The notes beneath the pieces were generated by a model. It ran no database searches and was not told where the DNA came from. It worked only from the letters and a program-made list of their open reading frames with translations. The position numbers and the translations under genes are program-made. A stretch of DNA of 64,000 nt from an uncultured delta proteobacterium (GTDB taxonomy: Bacteria > Myxococcota > Myxococcia > Myxococcales > Anaeromyxobacteraceae): contig CAWHDZ010000003.1 of NCBI GenBank assembly GCA_963828255.1, positions 128,001 through 192,000 of the forward strand. The letters run 5' to 3'. Position 1 is the stretch's first letter. Each line of letters starts with the position of its first letter. Shown here one piece after another: positions 18,529-30,319 of this stretch.

Positions 18529-19116
18529 TCAGGGCTCGATGCGCGAACCCAGGAGGAGGAGGAACTGGCGCATCCACTCGGGGTGGGCCGGCCAGGCCGG
18601 GGCCGTGACCAGGTGGCCGTCGGTCAGGGCGTTGGAGGCCGTCTCGTTCACCGCGCCGAAGCGGGCCCCGGCCGCGGTGCACTCCGGACCGCAGGCGGGG
18701 TAGGCGATGGCGTTCCGGCCCTTCAGGACGCCGGCGGCGGCGAGGATCTGCGGTCCGTGGCAGATGGCGGCGATGGGCTTCCTGGCCCCGTCGAACTCCT
18801 GGACGAGCTCGATCACCCTGGGGTTCAGGCGGAGGTACTCGGGTGCGCGACCGCCGGGGATGACCAGCGCGTCGAAGTCGGCGGCGCGCGCCGTCTCGAA
18901 GGAGGCGTTGATGCCGAACCGGTGCCCGGTCAGCTCGACGTAGGTCTGATCGCCGACGAAGTCGTGGACGGCCGTCTTCACGGTGTCGCCCGGCTTCTTT
19001 CCCGGACAGACGGTATGGACGGAGTGGCCCACCATGGTGAGGATCTGGAACGGGACCATGGCCTCGTAGTCCTCGACGAAGTCGCCGACCAGCATCAAAA
19101 TCTTCTTCGCGGCCAT
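18529..19116 (-). CDS. DJ-1/PfpI family protein
   Basis: ILMLVGDFVEDYE, PGGRAPEYLR, AICHGPQ, APAWPAHP. Confidence 0.95.
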   Translation of the reverse strand: MAAKKILMLVGDFVEDYEAMVPFQILTMVGHSVHTVCPGKKPGDTVKTAVHDFVGDQTYVELTGHRFGINASFETARAADFDALVIPGGRAPEYLRLNPRVIELVQEFDGARKPIAAICHGPQILAAAGVLKGRNAIAYPACGPECTAAGARFGAVNETASNALTDGHLVTAPAWPAHPEWMRQFLLLLGSRIEP

Positions 19117-19256
19117 TGCCTGCTCCTCGGGCGTTTTGCAGCCCGTGCGTCGAGAGATGTCACGATCTTCCTTGCCCCTCGTCTTATACACCGGGCGTCG
19201 GTGTGCGCGGATGTTCCCCGTTGACGAGGACCCCGTCCGGATCGTCTTCTCCTCCC

Positions 19257-20327
19257 ATGGCGAACGTCCTCATCGTCGACGACGACGCGCTGATCCTGGA
19301 ACTGCTGTCCCAGACGCTGAAGCGGGCCGGGTTCACCACCACCTGCCACTCGAGCCCCCTGGAGGCCCTCTCCGCGGTCGAGCTCGAGCGGCCCGACGTC
19401 ATCATCGCCGACTTCGTCATGCCCGAGATGAACGGCATCGCCTTCCTGGAGATGTCGATCGCCCGAAGCCCCGGGTCGGCCCGCATCCTCTGCACCGGCC
19501 ATGCGGACTCCGACGTCGTCATGCATGCGGTCAACGCGGGGCAGGTGAACCGCATCATCGAGAAGCCACCCAGCGAGGTGGAACTGGTCTCGGCGGTGAC
19601 CCAGGCGGCCGACACCGTGGCGCTCCGGCGGAGGAACGAGGAGCTCGCGGAGCAGCTCCGGCGCCAGAACCTCCACCTGGAGGAGATCGTCCGGGAGCGC
19701 ACCGAGGCCCTGCTGCAGGGCTTCGTGGGGTCGCTGGACGCCCGGGACTCCGGCACGCGGACGCACTCCCAGCGGGTGGCGCGCTACGCGCGGCGCCTGG
19801 CCCTCCAGATGGGCATCGCCGAGCCCGATCTCGGAGTCATCGAGCGCGGCTCGCTGCTTCACGACATCGGGAAGATCGCCGTCCCCGACCGGATCCTGCT
19901 CAAGGACGGGCCCCTCTCCGGCGAGGAATGGGTTCAGATGCGCGAGCACCCCCGGCGCGGGTGGGCGCTGCTCCAGGGGGTGGACTACCTGCGCGAGGCC
20001 TCCAGGGTCGTGCTCCAGCACCACGAGCGCTGGGACGGGGCGGGGTACCCCTCGGGCGTCTCCGGGGACGCCATCGACATCGGCGCCCGCGTGTTCCAGG
20101 TGGTGGACGCCTACGACGCCATCACCACCGACCGCCCCTATCACCGGGCCAGGCCCCACGAGGAGGCCTGCGGGGAGATCGCGAGGGCCAGCCGGACGCA
20201 GTTCGACCCGGCGGTGGTGGCGGCCTTCCTGCTGGTGCGCCTGGAGGACTGGAGGCAGATCCGCGCCCGGGTCGAGGCGGCGGCCGCGCGGGATCAGGGC
20301 GATCCGCTCCCGAGCACCTCGGGGTAG
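19257..20327 (+). CDS. Response regulator with HD-GYP output domain
   Basis: VLIVDDD, IADFVMPEMNG, EKP; LHDIGK, HHERWDGAGYP, DRPYH. Confidence 0.95.
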   Translation: MANVLIVDDDALILELLSQTLKRAGFTTTCHSSPLEALSAVELERPDVIIADFVMPEMNGIAFLEMSIARSPGSARILCTGHADSDVVMHAVNAGQVNRIIEKPPSEVELVSAVTQAADTVALRRRNEELAEQLRRQNLHLEEIVRERTEALLQGFVGSLDARDSGTRTHSQRVARYARRLALQMGIAEPDLGVIERGSLLHDIGKIAVPDRILLKDGPLSGEEWVQMREHPRRGWALLQGVDYLREASRVVLQHHERWDGAGYPSGVSGDAIDIGARVFQVVDAYDAITTDRPYHRARPHEEACGEIARASRTQFDPAVVAAFLLVRLEDWRQIRARVEAAAARDQGDPLPSTSG

Positions 20328-20490
20328 AGCTTCCGCCAGAATGCGCAGTGGTGCGCCGCTCCGGCATCAGGGGCGCTTGCCAGATCGACAATTCACCCGG
20401 AGCGGAACGATGGGTCCATGGTCGTATGAGGGGCCCTGCGCACCTTCGCGGCGTTAGGATCACCTTCCCCTCGATCTGGAGAAAGCGCTC

Positions 20491-23400
20491 TTGGCGGCGA
20501 TCCTCGACACCCTTCCGTTCCGGGACGAGCTGCTCAGCATCGAGCGGCTGGAGGAGCGCGCCCGCGCGCTCGCCGCCCGGTTCACGGTGGATCCCCACCG
20601 GCGCAAGGCCCGGAGCGTCTTCCCTCGCTTCGACGACAACGCCCAGGTCCTGCGGCAGGCCTACCGTGCCCTCGCCGCCGACGTGCACCAGGGGAAGTTC
20701 ATCACCCCGGCGGGAGAGTGGCTCCTCGACAACTACCACCTGGTGGACTCGGAGATCCGCGTGGTCCGGCAGAACCTCCCGCGCGGCTACTACCGGGAGC
20801 TGCCCAAGCTCGCGGCCCGCGACCTGGCGGGCAACGCCCGGGTCTACGCCCTCGCCGTCGAGCTGATCCGCCACAGCGACAGCCGCCTCGATCGGCAGCA
20901 GCTGGCCCGTTTCCTCGACGGCTTCCAGACCGTCGCCCCGCTGACCATCGGCGAGCTCTGGGCCTGGCCCAGCATGCTGAAGCTCGCACTCATCGAGAAC
21001 CTGAGGCGGCTCGCCGACCAGACGATGGACGCCCGTGCGGCGCGGCGGGCCGCCGACGGCTACGTGGCCCGGATCGACGCGGCGGGGAAGGGGGCCGTGC
21101 CACCGCTTCCCCGCTCGCTCCACGCCGCACACGTGGTGCAGCTGATGCACCGCGTCCGGGAGTATGGTCCGCGCCTCTCTGCCCTCCGCCGCGAGCTGGA
21201 TGCGCACGTGGCCCAGGGGGGCCACACGGCCGAGGAGGCCATCCGCAGCGAGCACCAGCGCGAGGCCGCCACCCAGGTGTCGGTGGCGAACGCCATCACC
21301 AGCCTCCGGCTCTGCGCCGAGATCGACTGGCCGCAGTTCGTGGAATCGGTGAGCCTGGTGGAGCGCGTCCTGCAGCGGGACCCCGCCGGGGTGCATGGCC
21401 GGATGGAGTTCCTGAGCCGGGATCGCTATCGCCAGGCCGTCGAGGAGCTCGCCGAGCCCTCCGGGGAGGCCCAGGTGCGCGTGGCCCTTCGCGCCGTGGA
21501 GAGCGCGCGCGAGGTGGCCGAGGTGGAGGGGCCCGGCGCACGCGCCGCCCACGTCGGCCACCACCTCATCGGGAAGGGGCGGCGGGGACTCGAGTCCGAC
21601 GTGGCCTGGCGCCCGGGCTTCGCAAAGGGACTTCGCCGCCTCGCCTTCTCGCACGCCCCGTTCCTCTACCTGGCGGCGATCACCATCGCCACCGCCGGGC
21701 TGGTCGCCGCAGGGGTCGCCTACGCCCGAATGGAGCACGGCACCCTCCGGGGCCAGGTCGCCGTGGCGCTCCTGCTGCTCCTGCCGGCGAGCGAGCTCGC
21801 CATCGCCTTCGTCCAGCGCCTGGCCGCCCACCTGGCCCCTCCGCGGCGCCTTCCACGCCTCGACTTCGAGGCAGGGATTCCCGACGAGGCGCGGACCCTG
21901 GTGGTCGTGCCCACGCTCCTCTCCAGCGTGGCGGGGGTCGACGAGCTGCTCGGGCACGTCGAGGTACTGGCCCTCGGAAACCTCGACCCGCGCATCCACT
22001 TCGCCATCCTGGGAGACTTCACCGACGCCGAGGCGCGGGAGATGCCCGGCGACGAGTCCATCCTCGACACTGCGCGCCTGGGCGTCGAGGCGCTGAACGC
22101 CCGGCTCTCGGAGGGGCGAGGGGACCGGTTCTTCCTGCTCCACCGCACGCGGCAGTGGAACCCGGGTGAGGGTGTGTGGATGGGGTGGGAGCGGAAGCGC
22201 GGAAAGCTCGAGGAGCTGAACCGGCTCCTGCGCGGCGCCACCGACACGAGCTTCGCGGTGCAGGTCGGCGCGACGGCCATCCTCCCGGCGGTGCGCTACT
22301 GCATCACGCTCGACACCGACACCCGTCTGCCGCGGGACGCCGCACGGAAGCTCATCGGGATCATCGCCCACCCGCTCAACAGGCCCCGCTTCGACGCGGC
22401 CAGCGGCAGGGTGACCGAGGGGTACGGGATCCTGCAACCCAGGGTCAGCGTGGCCACGTCGAGCGCGGCGGGCTCACGCTTCGCCCGGATCTTCGCTGGC
22501 CAGACCACGGTGGATCCCTACACGACCGCGGTCTCGGACACCTACCAGGACCTCTTCGGCGAGGGGACCTTCACCGGCAAGGGGCTGTACGACGTGGACG
22601 CCTTCGCCGCCGCGCTGACCGGCCGGGTTCCCGACAACGCGCTCCTCTCGCACGATCTCTTCGAGGGGCTGCACGCGCGAGCGGCCCTGGTCACCGACGT
22701 GGAGGTGGTGGACGACTACCCCTCGAGCGTCCTCACCCATGCGCGCCGGCAGCACCGGTGGGCCCGCGGCGACTGGCAGATCCTGGCCTGGCTCTTCCCC
22801 TTCGTTCCCACCCGCAGGGGGCTGCAACGCAACCACCTCCCCATCCTCTCGCGGTGGAAGATCCTCGACAACCTGCGGCGCAGCCTGCTCGCGCCGGCGA
22901 CCGTGGCCCTCCTGCTCGCCGCGTGGACGATCCTGCCTGGGAGCCCTGCGGTCTGGACGGTGCTGGTCGTCCTGGCCACCGCCTTCCCGCTCCTGCCGCT
23001 GGCGTTCGAGGCCATCGCCGGTCCAACGCCGCAGCAGCCGTGGCGGGCCTTCGTTCGCGGGCTCCGGGAGGACGCCGGGGGCGGGCTGGCGCGCGTCCTG
23101 CTCCAGCTCGCCTTCCTCGCCAACCAGGCCCACGAGATGCTGCACGCCATCCAGATCACCCTGGTCCGGCTCGTGTTCACGCGGCGGAGGCTGCTCGAGT
23201 GGGAGACGGCGGCGGCGAGCGCGGCCCGCGGGGCGGCGGGCCCGGGAGGCGCCGGAGCGCGCCCGTTCTGGGTCGAGATGGCGGCCAGCCCGGTCATCGC
23301 CGGCGCCGGACTCCTCGGGGTCATGGCCTTCCGACCGTCCGCGCTCTGGGCCGCGGCGCCGGTCCTCGGGCTCTGGGCCGTCGCGCCGTTCATCGCCCAT

Positions 23401-26400
23401 GGCCTGAGCCGTGTCGCTCCCCGGCGCGCCCTGGGCGCCGAGGACCGCGCCTTCCTCCTCGCCGTTGCGCGCAAGACCTGGGGATGGTTCGACGCCTTCA
23501 TGGGCGTGGAGGACCACGGCCTGCCTCCCGACAACTTCCAGGAGGTCCCCGATCCGAAGGTTGCGCACCGGACCTCGCCGACCAACATCGGCATGGGCCT
23601 GCTCTCCATCCTGTCCGCCCACGACCTCGGCTTCATCGAGACGGCGGAGCTCGTCGAGCGGGTCGACGCGGCGCTCACCACGGTGGAGGGGCTGGAGCGG
23701 CTCGAGGGGCATCTCTACAACTGGTACGACACGGTGAGCCTGGCGCCGCTCGAGCCCCGCTACGTCTCCACGGTCGACAGCGGCAACCTGGCGGGAGCGC
23801 TCGTCGCGCTCGCCGAGGGGCTCCGTGAGCTGCCTCCGTCGGATGGGCTGGCGGCGCTCGCGACGCGTTCCTCCGCCCTCGCCTACGGGATGGACTTCCG
23901 GTTCCTCTACGACCTGCGGCGCAGGCTCCTGTCGATCGGGTACCGCGCCGCGGACGCCGACGGGCCGGGGGAGCTCGACGCCTCCCACTACGACCTGCTC
24001 GCCTCGGAGGCCCGGCTGGCCAGCTTCTTCGCCATCGCCAAGGGCGACCTGCCGGAGCTGCACTGGTTCCGGCTCGGTCGCACGGTCACCGGCGTCCACG
24101 GCGTGCCCACGCTGCTCTCCTGGAGCGGGACGATGTTCGAGTACCTGATGCCGCTCCTGCTCATGCGGAGCTACCCGGGCACGCTGCTGGAGGAGAGCTG
24201 CCGGGCGGCGGTCCGGCGCCAGAGGGACTACGCCGTGGAGCGGGGAGTCCCGTGGGGGATCTCCGAGTCGGCCTACGACCTCGTCGACCGCCACGAGAAC
24301 TACCAGTACAAGGCCTTCGGCGTGCCCGGGCTGGGACTCAAGCGCGGACTGGGGGACGAGCTGGTGGTCGCCCCCTATGCGGCCGCGCTGGCCACCCTCG
24401 TCGACCCGGAGGCCGCCGTGCGGAACCTGCGCCGGCTCACGGCCGAGGGGCTCGAGGGCGCCCACGGCTACTTCGACGCCGTGGACTTCACGCGGCGTCG
24501 CAGCGACGACCCCGGGGCTCCGGTTCCCGAGAAGGGCCCGGTCGAGGGAGCGATCGTCCGCACCTACCTGGCCCACCACCAGGGGATGACCCTGACGGCG
24601 ATCGCCAATGCACTGCAGGGAAACCGGATGGTGGAGCGCTTCCACGCCGACCCGCGGGTCCGGGCCACCGAGCTGCTCCTCCAGGAGAAGGCTCCCCGGC
24701 ACGCCCCGTTCGCCCGGCCCCGTCCGGACGAGGCCACGACCCGGGCGCCGCCGGTGCCCCCCGTGGAGGTCCGCCGCTTCCGCTCGGCCCACACTCCCTA
24801 CCCGCACGCCCAGTTCCTCTCCAACGGAAACTACACCGCGGTGGTGACCAACGCGGGCGGAGGCTCGAGCTTCTGCCGGGGACGGGCCGTGACCCGATCG
24901 CGCCTGGACGCCACCTGCGACCCGGGAAGCCAGTTCCTCTACCTGCGTGACGTGCGCAGCGGCCGGGTGTGGTCGGCCACCCAGCACCCCACCCCGGGAG
25001 AGGCCGAGGACTACCTCGTGACCTTTGCGGTGGAGCGGGCCACCTTCCACAGGCGAGAGGACGAGATCGGAACACGGCTCGACATCGCCGTTTCCCCGGA
25101 GGACGACGTGGAGGTCCGGCGCCTGGTGGTGACGAACCACAGCGACCGCGTCCGCGAGATCGAGGTGACGAGCTACGCCGAGATCGTGCTGGGACCGGCA
25201 GCCGACGACCTGGCCCATCCCTCCTTCGGAAAGCTCTTCGTGGAGTCGGAGTACGTCGCCGGGAGCGCCGCGCTCCTCTGCCATCGCCGGCCGCGCGCGC
25301 CCGACGACGCACCCGCCTGGGGGCTGCACGTCATCAGCCAGGAGGGCAGGACGCAGGGGCCCGTGGAGTGGGAGACCGATCGGGCCCGGTTCCTCGGACG
25401 GGGACGCAGTCCCCGGGACCCGCAGGCGCTCGACGGACGGTCGTTGACCGGCACCACCGGCGTCCTGCTCGACCCGATCGTCAGCCTGCGGCAGCGCATC
25501 CGGCTCGCCCCGGGCGGCGTGGCCAGGATGTCCTTCGCCACCGGGATGACCGGGAGCCGGGAGACGGCGCTCGCGCTGGCCCAGCGCTACAGGGATCCCA
25601 GCGCCACGGCCCGGACCTTCGCGCTCGCCTCGGCGCACGCGCGGAGCACGCTCCGCCACCTCGGGATCTCGGCCGACGAGGCCCTGGTGTTCGAGCGCCT
25701 GGCCTCGCGCGTGCTGCGGAGCGATGCCTCGCTGCGCGCGCCCTCCGAGCTCCTGGCCCGCACCACCCTCGGGCAGGCCGGGCTCTGGCCGCACGGCATC
25801 TCCGGCGACCTGCCCATCCTGCTCGCACGGGTGGTGACGGCGGACGGGCTCTCGCTGGTGCGGCAGGTCCTGCAGGCACAGGAGTACTGGCGGCTGAAGG
25901 GGCTCCAGGCCGACGTGGTGATCCTGAACGAGCACCCCACGAGCTACCTCGACGAGGCCCACGGCGCGCTGACCGCGCTGCTCGACGACGGCCCGTGGAG
26001 GGCCTGGAAGGACCGTCCGGGCGGGGTGTACCTCCTCCGGCGCGACCGCATGCCCGACGCCGAGCACCTGCTGCTGACCACTGTGGCGCGGGCCATCGTC
26101 AGCGACGACCGGGGCGAGCTGGCACGGCAGCTCGACCGGCCCACCCCGCCCTGGACCGAGCCGCCCGCCCAGGTCATCGCCCCGGCGCCGGCCGCGCAGC
26201 TCGCGCCCGCGCCGGTTCCGCCGCTCGCCCTGGCCAACGGGCTCGGCGGGTTCGCCGATCAGGGGCGCGCGTACGTCGTGGTCCTGGAGGGCGCGGAGGA
26301 GACCCCGTCACCGTGGGTGAACGTCATCGCCAATCCGGGCTTCGGGACCATCGTCTCGGCCTCGGGATCGGCCTTCACCTGGTCCATGAACAGCCGCGAG

Positions 26401-28638
26401 AACCGGCTCACCCCCTTCGCCAACGACCCGGTGACCGACCCGACCGGCGAGGCCATCTTCCTCCGGGACGAGGACACGGGCACGGCCTGGACGCCCACGC
26501 CGGGGCCGCTTCCGCGCACCGGGACCAGCGGGCGCCACGTGGTCCGCCACGCCGCCGGGGTCACGCGGTTCGCCCGGGCGGCGAACGGCATCCGGAGCGA
26601 GCTGGCCGTCTTCGTGCATGACGCCGACCCGGTGAAGTTCTCGGTCCTCACCGTGACGAACGAGGGCCCGGCTCCGCGGCGGCTCGGTGTCTTCGGCTAC
26701 GCCGAGTGGGTCCTGGGGCCGCCGCAGGAGGGCCAGCACCTGCACGTGGTCACGCGACTCGACGAGGAGACCGGGACCATCCTGGCAACGAACTCATGGA
26801 ACAACGAGCTCGCCGGGCGCGTGGCGTTCGCCCACGCGAGCGAGCCGCTCCTCTCCTCCACCGGGGACCGGACCACGTTCCTGGGGCGGAACGGCTCGAT
26901 CGAGGCCCCGGCGGCTCTCCTCCACGCCTCGCTCCACGGCCGGTTCGGGGCCGGGCTGGATCCCTGCGCGGGCCTCCACGTCGCCGTCTCGCTCGATCCG
27001 GGACAGACCCGGCAGGTCGTCTTCCTGCTCGGCCAGGGCAGGGACGGGGCGCACGCGCAGGATCTCGTTGCCCGCCACGGTTCCGTCCCCGCGGCGGAAG
27101 CCGCGCTGGAACGGGTGACGCGCGGCTGGGACGAGACGCTGGGCGCGGTGCAGGTGAGCACCCCCGACGACTCCTTCGACCTCCTCATGAACTGCTGGCT
27201 CCTGCAGCAGGACCTGGGCTGCAGGCTGTGGGCGCGGTCCGGCTACCACCAGCCGGGCGGGGCCTTCGGCTTCCGCGACCAGCTCCAGGACGTGATGGCG
27301 CTCGTGCTGGCCCGGCCCGACCTGGTGCGGGAGCACCTCCTGCGGGCCGCGTCCCGGCAGTTCCAGGAGGGCGACGTGCAGCACTGGTGGCACGAGCCCA
27401 GCGGCCGGGGCACGCGCACGCGCTGCTCGGACGACATGCTCTGGTTGCCCTTCGCGGTCGCGCACTACGTGCGAACGACGGGCGATGCCGCGGTGCTGGA
27501 CGAGAGCGTCCCGTTCCTCTCCGCGCCCGCGCTCCGGCCCGACGCCCAGGAGACCTACGCCCGGCCGGAGGTCGCGGCCGAGCGGGGGACGCTCTTCGAG
27601 CACTGCGCCCGCGCCCTCGATCGCGGGATCACCACCGGCGCCCACGGACTTCCCCTCATGGGAAGCGGGGACTGGAACGACGGGATGAACCGGGTCGGCC
27701 GGGCGGGCAGGGGAGAGAGCGTCTGGCTCGGCTTCTTCCTCCACGCGGTGCTGAACGACTTCGCGCCCCTGTGCGCGTCCCGGGGGGACGCCGCGCGGGC
27801 CGATCGCTATCGGGGCGAGGCCGAACGGCTGGTGGCGGTCCTGGCGCGGGCGTGGGACGGCGAGTGGTACCTGCGCGGCCACTACGACGACGGGGCGCCG
27901 CTGGGGTCGTCGCAGAACGACGAGTGCCGGATCGACTCGATCGCCCAGTCCTGGGCGGTCCTCTCCGGGGCCGCCCCGCCGCGCCTCGCCGACCGATCCA
28001 TGGACGCGGTCCGCACCCACCTCGTCCGCCGGGGCCCGGGCGTCATCCTGCTGCTCGCGCCCCCGTTCGACCACACGGCGCAGGATCCCGGCTACATCCG
28101 GGGCTACCCGCCCGGCGTCCGGGAGAACGGCGGGCAGTACACCCACGCGGCGGCATGGACCGTGATGGCCCTCGCGAAGCTCGGGAGCGGAGACGAGGCG
28201 GCGGAGCTCTTCCACATGCTGAACCCCATCAACCACACGCGCTCGCGCATCGACGTCGAGAAGTATCGAGGGGAGCCCTACGTCCTCGCCGGCGACGTGT
28301 GCGCCCATCCCGACCACGCCGGCCGCGCGGGGTGGACCTGGTACACCGGGTCGGCGGGCTGGATGTACCGGGCCGGGCTGGAGAGCATCCTGGGCCTCCG
28401 GCGACACGGAGCGACCTTCGAGGTGGACCCGTGCGTGCCCGCCTCATGGCCGGAGTACTCCATCACCTGGCGCGTCGGCCGGACCACCTACGAGATCGCC
28501 GTCGCGAACCCGGACCGGGCCTGCCGGGGAGTCGCCCGGGCGGAGCTGGACGGCGCACCGGTCGATCACCGCGCCGTTCCCATCGTCGACGACGGCCGGG
28601 TCCACCAGGTGCGGCTGGTGCTCGGGCCCACCGGCTAG
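20491..28638 (+). CDS. ndvB: Cyclic beta-1,2-glucan synthase (GT84 plus GH94-like domains)
   Basis: 2715 aa; [72 protein letters not shown]. Confidence 0.95.
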   Translation: MAAILDTLPFRDELLSIERLEERARALAARFTVDPHRRKARSVFPRFDDNAQVLRQAYRALAADVHQGKFITPAGEWLLDNYHLVDSEIRVVRQNLPRGYYRELPKLAARDLAGNARVYALAVELIRHSDSRLDRQQLARFLDGFQTVAPLTIGELWAWPSMLKLALIENLRRLADQTMDARAARRAADGYVARIDAAGKGAVPPLPRSLHAAHVVQLMHRVREYGPRLSALRRELDAHVAQGGHTAEEAIRSEHQREAATQVSVANAITSLRLCAEIDWPQFVESVSLVERVLQRDPAGVHGRMEFLSRDRYRQAVEELAEPSGEAQVRVALRAVESAREVAEVEGPGARAAHVGHHLIGKGRRGLESDVAWRPGFAKGLRRLAFSHAPFLYLAAITIATAGLVAAGVAYARMEHGTLRGQVAVALLLLLPASELAIAFVQRLAAHLAPPRRLPRLDFEAGIPDEARTLVVVPTLLSSVAGVDELLGHVEVLALGNLDPRIHFAILGDFTDAEAREMPGDESILDTARLGVEALNARLSEGRGDRFFLLHRTRQWNPGEGVWMGWERKRGKLEELNRLLRGATDTSFAVQVGATAILPAVRYCITLDTDTRLPRDAARKLIGIIAHPLNRPRFDAASGRVTEGYGILQPRVSVATSSAAGSRFARIFAGQTTVDPYTTAVSDTYQDLFGEGTFTGKGLYDVDAFAAALTGRVPDNALLSHDLFEGLHARAALVTDVEVVDDYPSSVLTHARRQHRWARGDWQILAWLFPFVPTRRGLQRNHLPILSRWKILDNLRRSLLAPATVALLLAAWTILPGSPAVWTVLVVLATAFPLLPLAFEAIAGPTPQQPWRAFVRGLREDAGGGLARVLLQLAFLANQAHEMLHAIQITLVRLVFTRRRLLEWETAAASAARGAAGPGGAGARPFWVEMAASPVIAGAGLLGVMAFRPSALWAAAPVLGLWAVAPFIAHGLSRVAPRRALGAEDRAFLLAVARKTWGWFDAFMGVEDHGLPPDNFQEVPDPKVAHRTSPTNIGMGLLSILSAHDLGFIETAELVERVDAALTTVEGLERLEGHLYNWYDTVSLAPLEPRYVSTVDSGNLAGALVALAEGLRELPPSDGLAALATRSSALAYGMDFRFLYDLRRRLLSIGYRAADADGPGELDASHYDLLASEARLASFFAIAKGDLPELHWFRLGRTVTGVHGVPTLLSWSGTMFEYLMPLLLMRSYPGTLLEESCRAAVRRQRDYAVERGVPWGISESAYDLVDRHENYQYKAFGVPGLGLKRGLGDELVVAPYAAALATLVDPEAAVRNLRRLTAEGLEGAHGYFDAVDFTRRRSDDPGAPVPEKGPVEGAIVRTYLAHHQGMTLTAIANALQGNRMVERFHADPRVRATELLLQEKAPRHAPFARPRPDEATTRAPPVPPVEVRRFRSAHTPYPHAQFLSNGNYTAVVTNAGGGSSFCRGRAVTRSRLDATCDPGSQFLYLRDVRSGRVWSATQHPTPGEAEDYLVTFAVERATFHRREDEIGTRLDIAVSPEDDVEVRRLVVTNHSDRVREIEVTSYAEIVLGPAADDLAHPSFGKLFVESEYVAGSAALLCHRRPRAPDDAPAWGLHVISQEGRTQGPVEWETDRARFLGRGRSPRDPQALDGRSLTGTTGVLLDPIVSLRQRIRLAPGGVARMSFATGMTGSRETALALAQRYRDPSATARTFALASAHARSTLRHLGISADEALVFERLASRVLRSDASLRAPSELLARTTLGQAGLWPHGISGDLPILLARVVTADGLSLVRQVLQAQEYWRLKGLQADVVILNEHPTSYLDEAHGALTALLDDGPWRAWKDRPGGVYLLRRDRMPDAEHLLLTTVARAIVSDDRGELARQLDRPTPPWTEPPAQVIAPAPAAQLAPAPVPPLALANGLGGFADQGRAYVVVLEGAEETPSPWVNVIANPGFGTIVSASGSAFTWSMNSRENRLTPFANDPVTDPTGEAIFLRDEDTGTAWTPTPGPLPRTGTSGRHVVRHAAGVTRFARAANGIRSELAVFVHDADPVKFSVLTVTNEGPAPRRLGVFGYAEWVLGPPQEGQHLHVVTRLDEETGTILATNSWNNELAGRVAFAHASEPLLSSTGDRTTFLGRNGSIEAPAALLHASLHGRFGAGLDPCAGLHVAVSLDPGQTRQVVFLLGQGRDGAHAQDLVARHGSVPAAEAALERVTRGWDETLGAVQVSTPDDSFDLLMNCWLLQQDLGCRLWARSGYHQPGGAFGFRDQLQDVMALVLARPDLVREHLLRAASRQFQEGDVQHWWHEPSGRGTRTRCSDDMLWLPFAVAHYVRTTGDAAVLDESVPFLSAPALRPDAQETYARPEVAAERGTLFEHCARALDRGITTGAHGLPLMGSGDWNDGMNRVGRAGRGESVWLGFFLHAVLNDFAPLCASRGDAARADRYRGEAERLVAVLARAWDGEWYLRGHYDDGAPLGSSQNDECRIDSIAQSWAVLSGAAPPRLADRSMDAVRTHLVRRGPGVILLLAPPFDHTAQDPGYIRGYPPGVRENGGQYTHAAAWTVMALAKLGSGDEAAELFHMLNPINHTRSRIDVEKYRGEPYVLAGDVCAHPDHAGRAGWTWYTGSAGWMYRAGLESILGLRRHGATFEVDPCVPASWPEYSITWRVGRTTYEIAVANPDRACRGVARAELDGAPVDHRAVPIVDDGRVHQVRLVLGPTG

Positions 28639-28639
28639 A

Positions 28640-29248
28640 TCAGCCGTGCCCCAGTTGCAGCGAGGAGCTGGTCGACCGTCGGACCTGGGATCGGCGCCGC
28701 CATGCGTCGTCGGTCCGAACCCGTCCGAACGGCCCGGACCAGACGCGGGACATGAGCTCGAGGCGGCTCCCGCAGCCCGACTTGCCGAGCAGGGCGGTGA
28801 CGTGGATCTCCACCGTGGCCTCCGCGCAGCCCAGCTCGCTCCCGATGGCCTTGTTCGAGCGCCCGAGCGCCAGCAGCCCGAGGACCTGGGTCTGGCGGGG
28901 AGTGAAGCCAAACCTCGACGCCGCGTCCGCGAGGCGAGGACCCGGGTCCACGGCGCCACCGGCCTGGACGGCCAGGAAGTGGCGCGGGGCTCCGGGCGCG
29001 AGGATCCGGGTCACGCGGTAGGCCTCGCTCCGCCCCCCCAGGCTCTCGAGCAGGCCCGCGTCGATGGAGTCCGGCGCAAGCTCACGGGCGAAGTGTCCGA
29101 TCCGGTTGTCGCAGGCGATGCGGCCGTCGGCCCAGAGGACGAAGGCTGCGGAGGGGATCTCCTCGAGCACGGCGGCGAGCGCTGCGGCCTCCGTCGGTTC
29201 GAGCATGAATCCATCTCCACCTGCGACTTCGGTCTGGGCGGTCATCAT
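28640..29248 (-). CDS. LuxR-family HTH regulator
   Basis: FTPRQTQVLGLLALGRSNKAIGSELGCAEATVEIHVTALLGK; PAS-like N-terminus. Confidence 0.85.
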   Translation of the reverse strand: MMTAQTEVAGGDGFMLEPTEAAALAAVLEEIPSAAFVLWADGRIACDNRIGHFARELAPDSIDAGLLESLGGRSEAYRVTRILAPGAPRHFLAVQAGGAVDPGPRLADAASRFGFTPRQTQVLGLLALGRSNKAIGSELGCAEATVEIHVTALLGKSGCGSRLELMSRVWSGPFGRVRTDDAWRRRSQVRRSTSSSLQLGHG

Positions 29249-29354
29249 GACTCACGGAGCAGAGCAAGCTCCGGGCCAACGGGCTGCCGGCTGGCGTGTG
29301 GCGAAAATCCCACGCGGCTCCAGACCACGTGTCCCCTGACCAGGGGGCGCCGCC

Positions 29355-29446
29355 CGTTCGCGAACGTCCCGTGAACGGTCCCCGGTCGCCCGGGTTCCGG
29401 GATTCGTCCGGAACATGCTGACGCCCTCGCTGGCGCGATGCGTGCA
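29355..29446 (+). promoter_or_regulatory. Sigma54 promoter with GAACG enhancer (site A)
   Basis: CGTTCGCGAACGTCCCGTGAACG (29355-29377); TGGCGCGATGCGTGCA (29431-29446). Confidence 0.7.
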
Positions 29447-29474
29447 TCCCCTGGTCGACGAAAGGAAGTGCTCC

Positions 29475-29912
29475 ATGAAGATCGTCCCGAAGATTCTCGT
29501 CGCGGTCGTGCTGTTGTCCGGCAGCGCCGGCGCCCTGGCGGGCGAGGCCGCACGGCTGGCAGGTGAAGTGGGAAGGCTCGCAACCGGACAGGTGGTCATC
29601 ACCCTGGGCCTACCGGTCGTGCTCCCGACGCTCGTCGTCGTTCAGCCCGGTGTGAGCGTGATCCCGAACCAGCCCGTCGAGGTGTTCTACAGCGGCGGGT
29701 ACTACTGGACCCGCCGGGACAACGGCTGGTACCGGACGCACGATCACAATGGCGGCTGGGCGCGCATCGAAGAGCGCCAGGTGCCGGTCGTGATCGTCCA
29801 GTCACCCCCTGGCCAGTACAAGCACTACAAGGGGAACGGAAAGGGCAACGGCAAGGGCAAGTCCGACAAGGGGCACGACAAGTCGGACAAGCACGGTGGC
29901 GACGGCCACTAG
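29475..29912 (+). CDS. Small exported protein with Lys/Gly/His-rich tail
   Basis: AAAGGA RBS; signal peptide; YYW..GWY core; PPGQYKH tail. Confidence 0.75.
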   Translation: MKIVPKILVAVVLLSGSAGALAGEAARLAGEVGRLATGQVVITLGLPVVLPTLVVVQPGVSVIPNQPVEVFYSGGYYWTRRDNGWYRTHDHNGGWARIEERQVPVVIVQSPPGQYKHYKGNGKGNGKGKSDKGHDKSDKHGGDGH

Positions 29913-30058
29913 ACCACGCGGCGCCCCTGGATGACGCGGACGAGCACCACGATGATGGCGAGCACGAGCAGGATGTGGATGAAGCCGCCCATCGTGGTGG
30001 AGGTGACGAGGCCGAGCGCCCAGAGGACGAGAAGAACGACGGCGATGGTCCAGATCAT
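29909..30058 (-). CDS. lmo0937/DUF5670-family 49-aa membrane protein (absent from the ORF track)
   Basis: Manual translation MIWTIAVVLLVLWALGLVTSTTMGGFIHILLVLAIIVVLVRVIQGRRVV; GAAGGGAG RBS. Confidence 0.9.
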   Translation of the reverse strand: MIWTIAVVLLVLWALGLVTSTTMGGFIHILLVLAIIVVLVRVIQGRRVV

Positions 30059-30098
30059 GATTGCTCCCTTCGGTGTGGTTCCGCGCCCTCATTCCAGG

Positions 30099-30207
30099 AG
30101 CAACGACCGTGCCCAACGGCTCGGAGCTCCAAGCGTCCGATTTCCCACGCTTTGTCCAGGCGACGGGATGTTTTCGCTGCGCGTGAAATCGTACACCGAA
30201 CGTTCGG
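30099..30207 (-). promoter_or_regulatory. Sigma54 promoter with GAACG enhancer (site B)
   Basis: Minus-strand GGGCACGGTCGTTGCT (30114-30099); palindrome CCGAACGTTCGG (30196-30207). Confidence 0.7.
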
Positions 30208-30319
30208 GGACAACCGCCCGAGCGTTCGGCTGCCAGGAGGTGTATGATGAAGCCTCACTCGAACCACCGACCTGGGCCGCACCCCTGGACCCGAGCCTCC
30301 GTCCGAGAGGGTCCAAGGC

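Noticed and set aside
20362..20377. GG-N10-GC upstream of ndvB as a sigma54 promoter
   Set aside because: Poor -12 element and no GAACG enhancer.
22474..26067. 1197-aa antisense ORF inside ndvB, and similar ones at 5089-8118 and 59887-62724
   Set aside because: Antisense shadows produced by GC3 codon bias.
29294..30152. Imperfect palindromes GTGG-N8-CCAC (near 29298) and AAGCGT-N10-ACGCTT (near 30131) as LuxR sites
   Set aside because: Two weakly similar instances only; could be chance.
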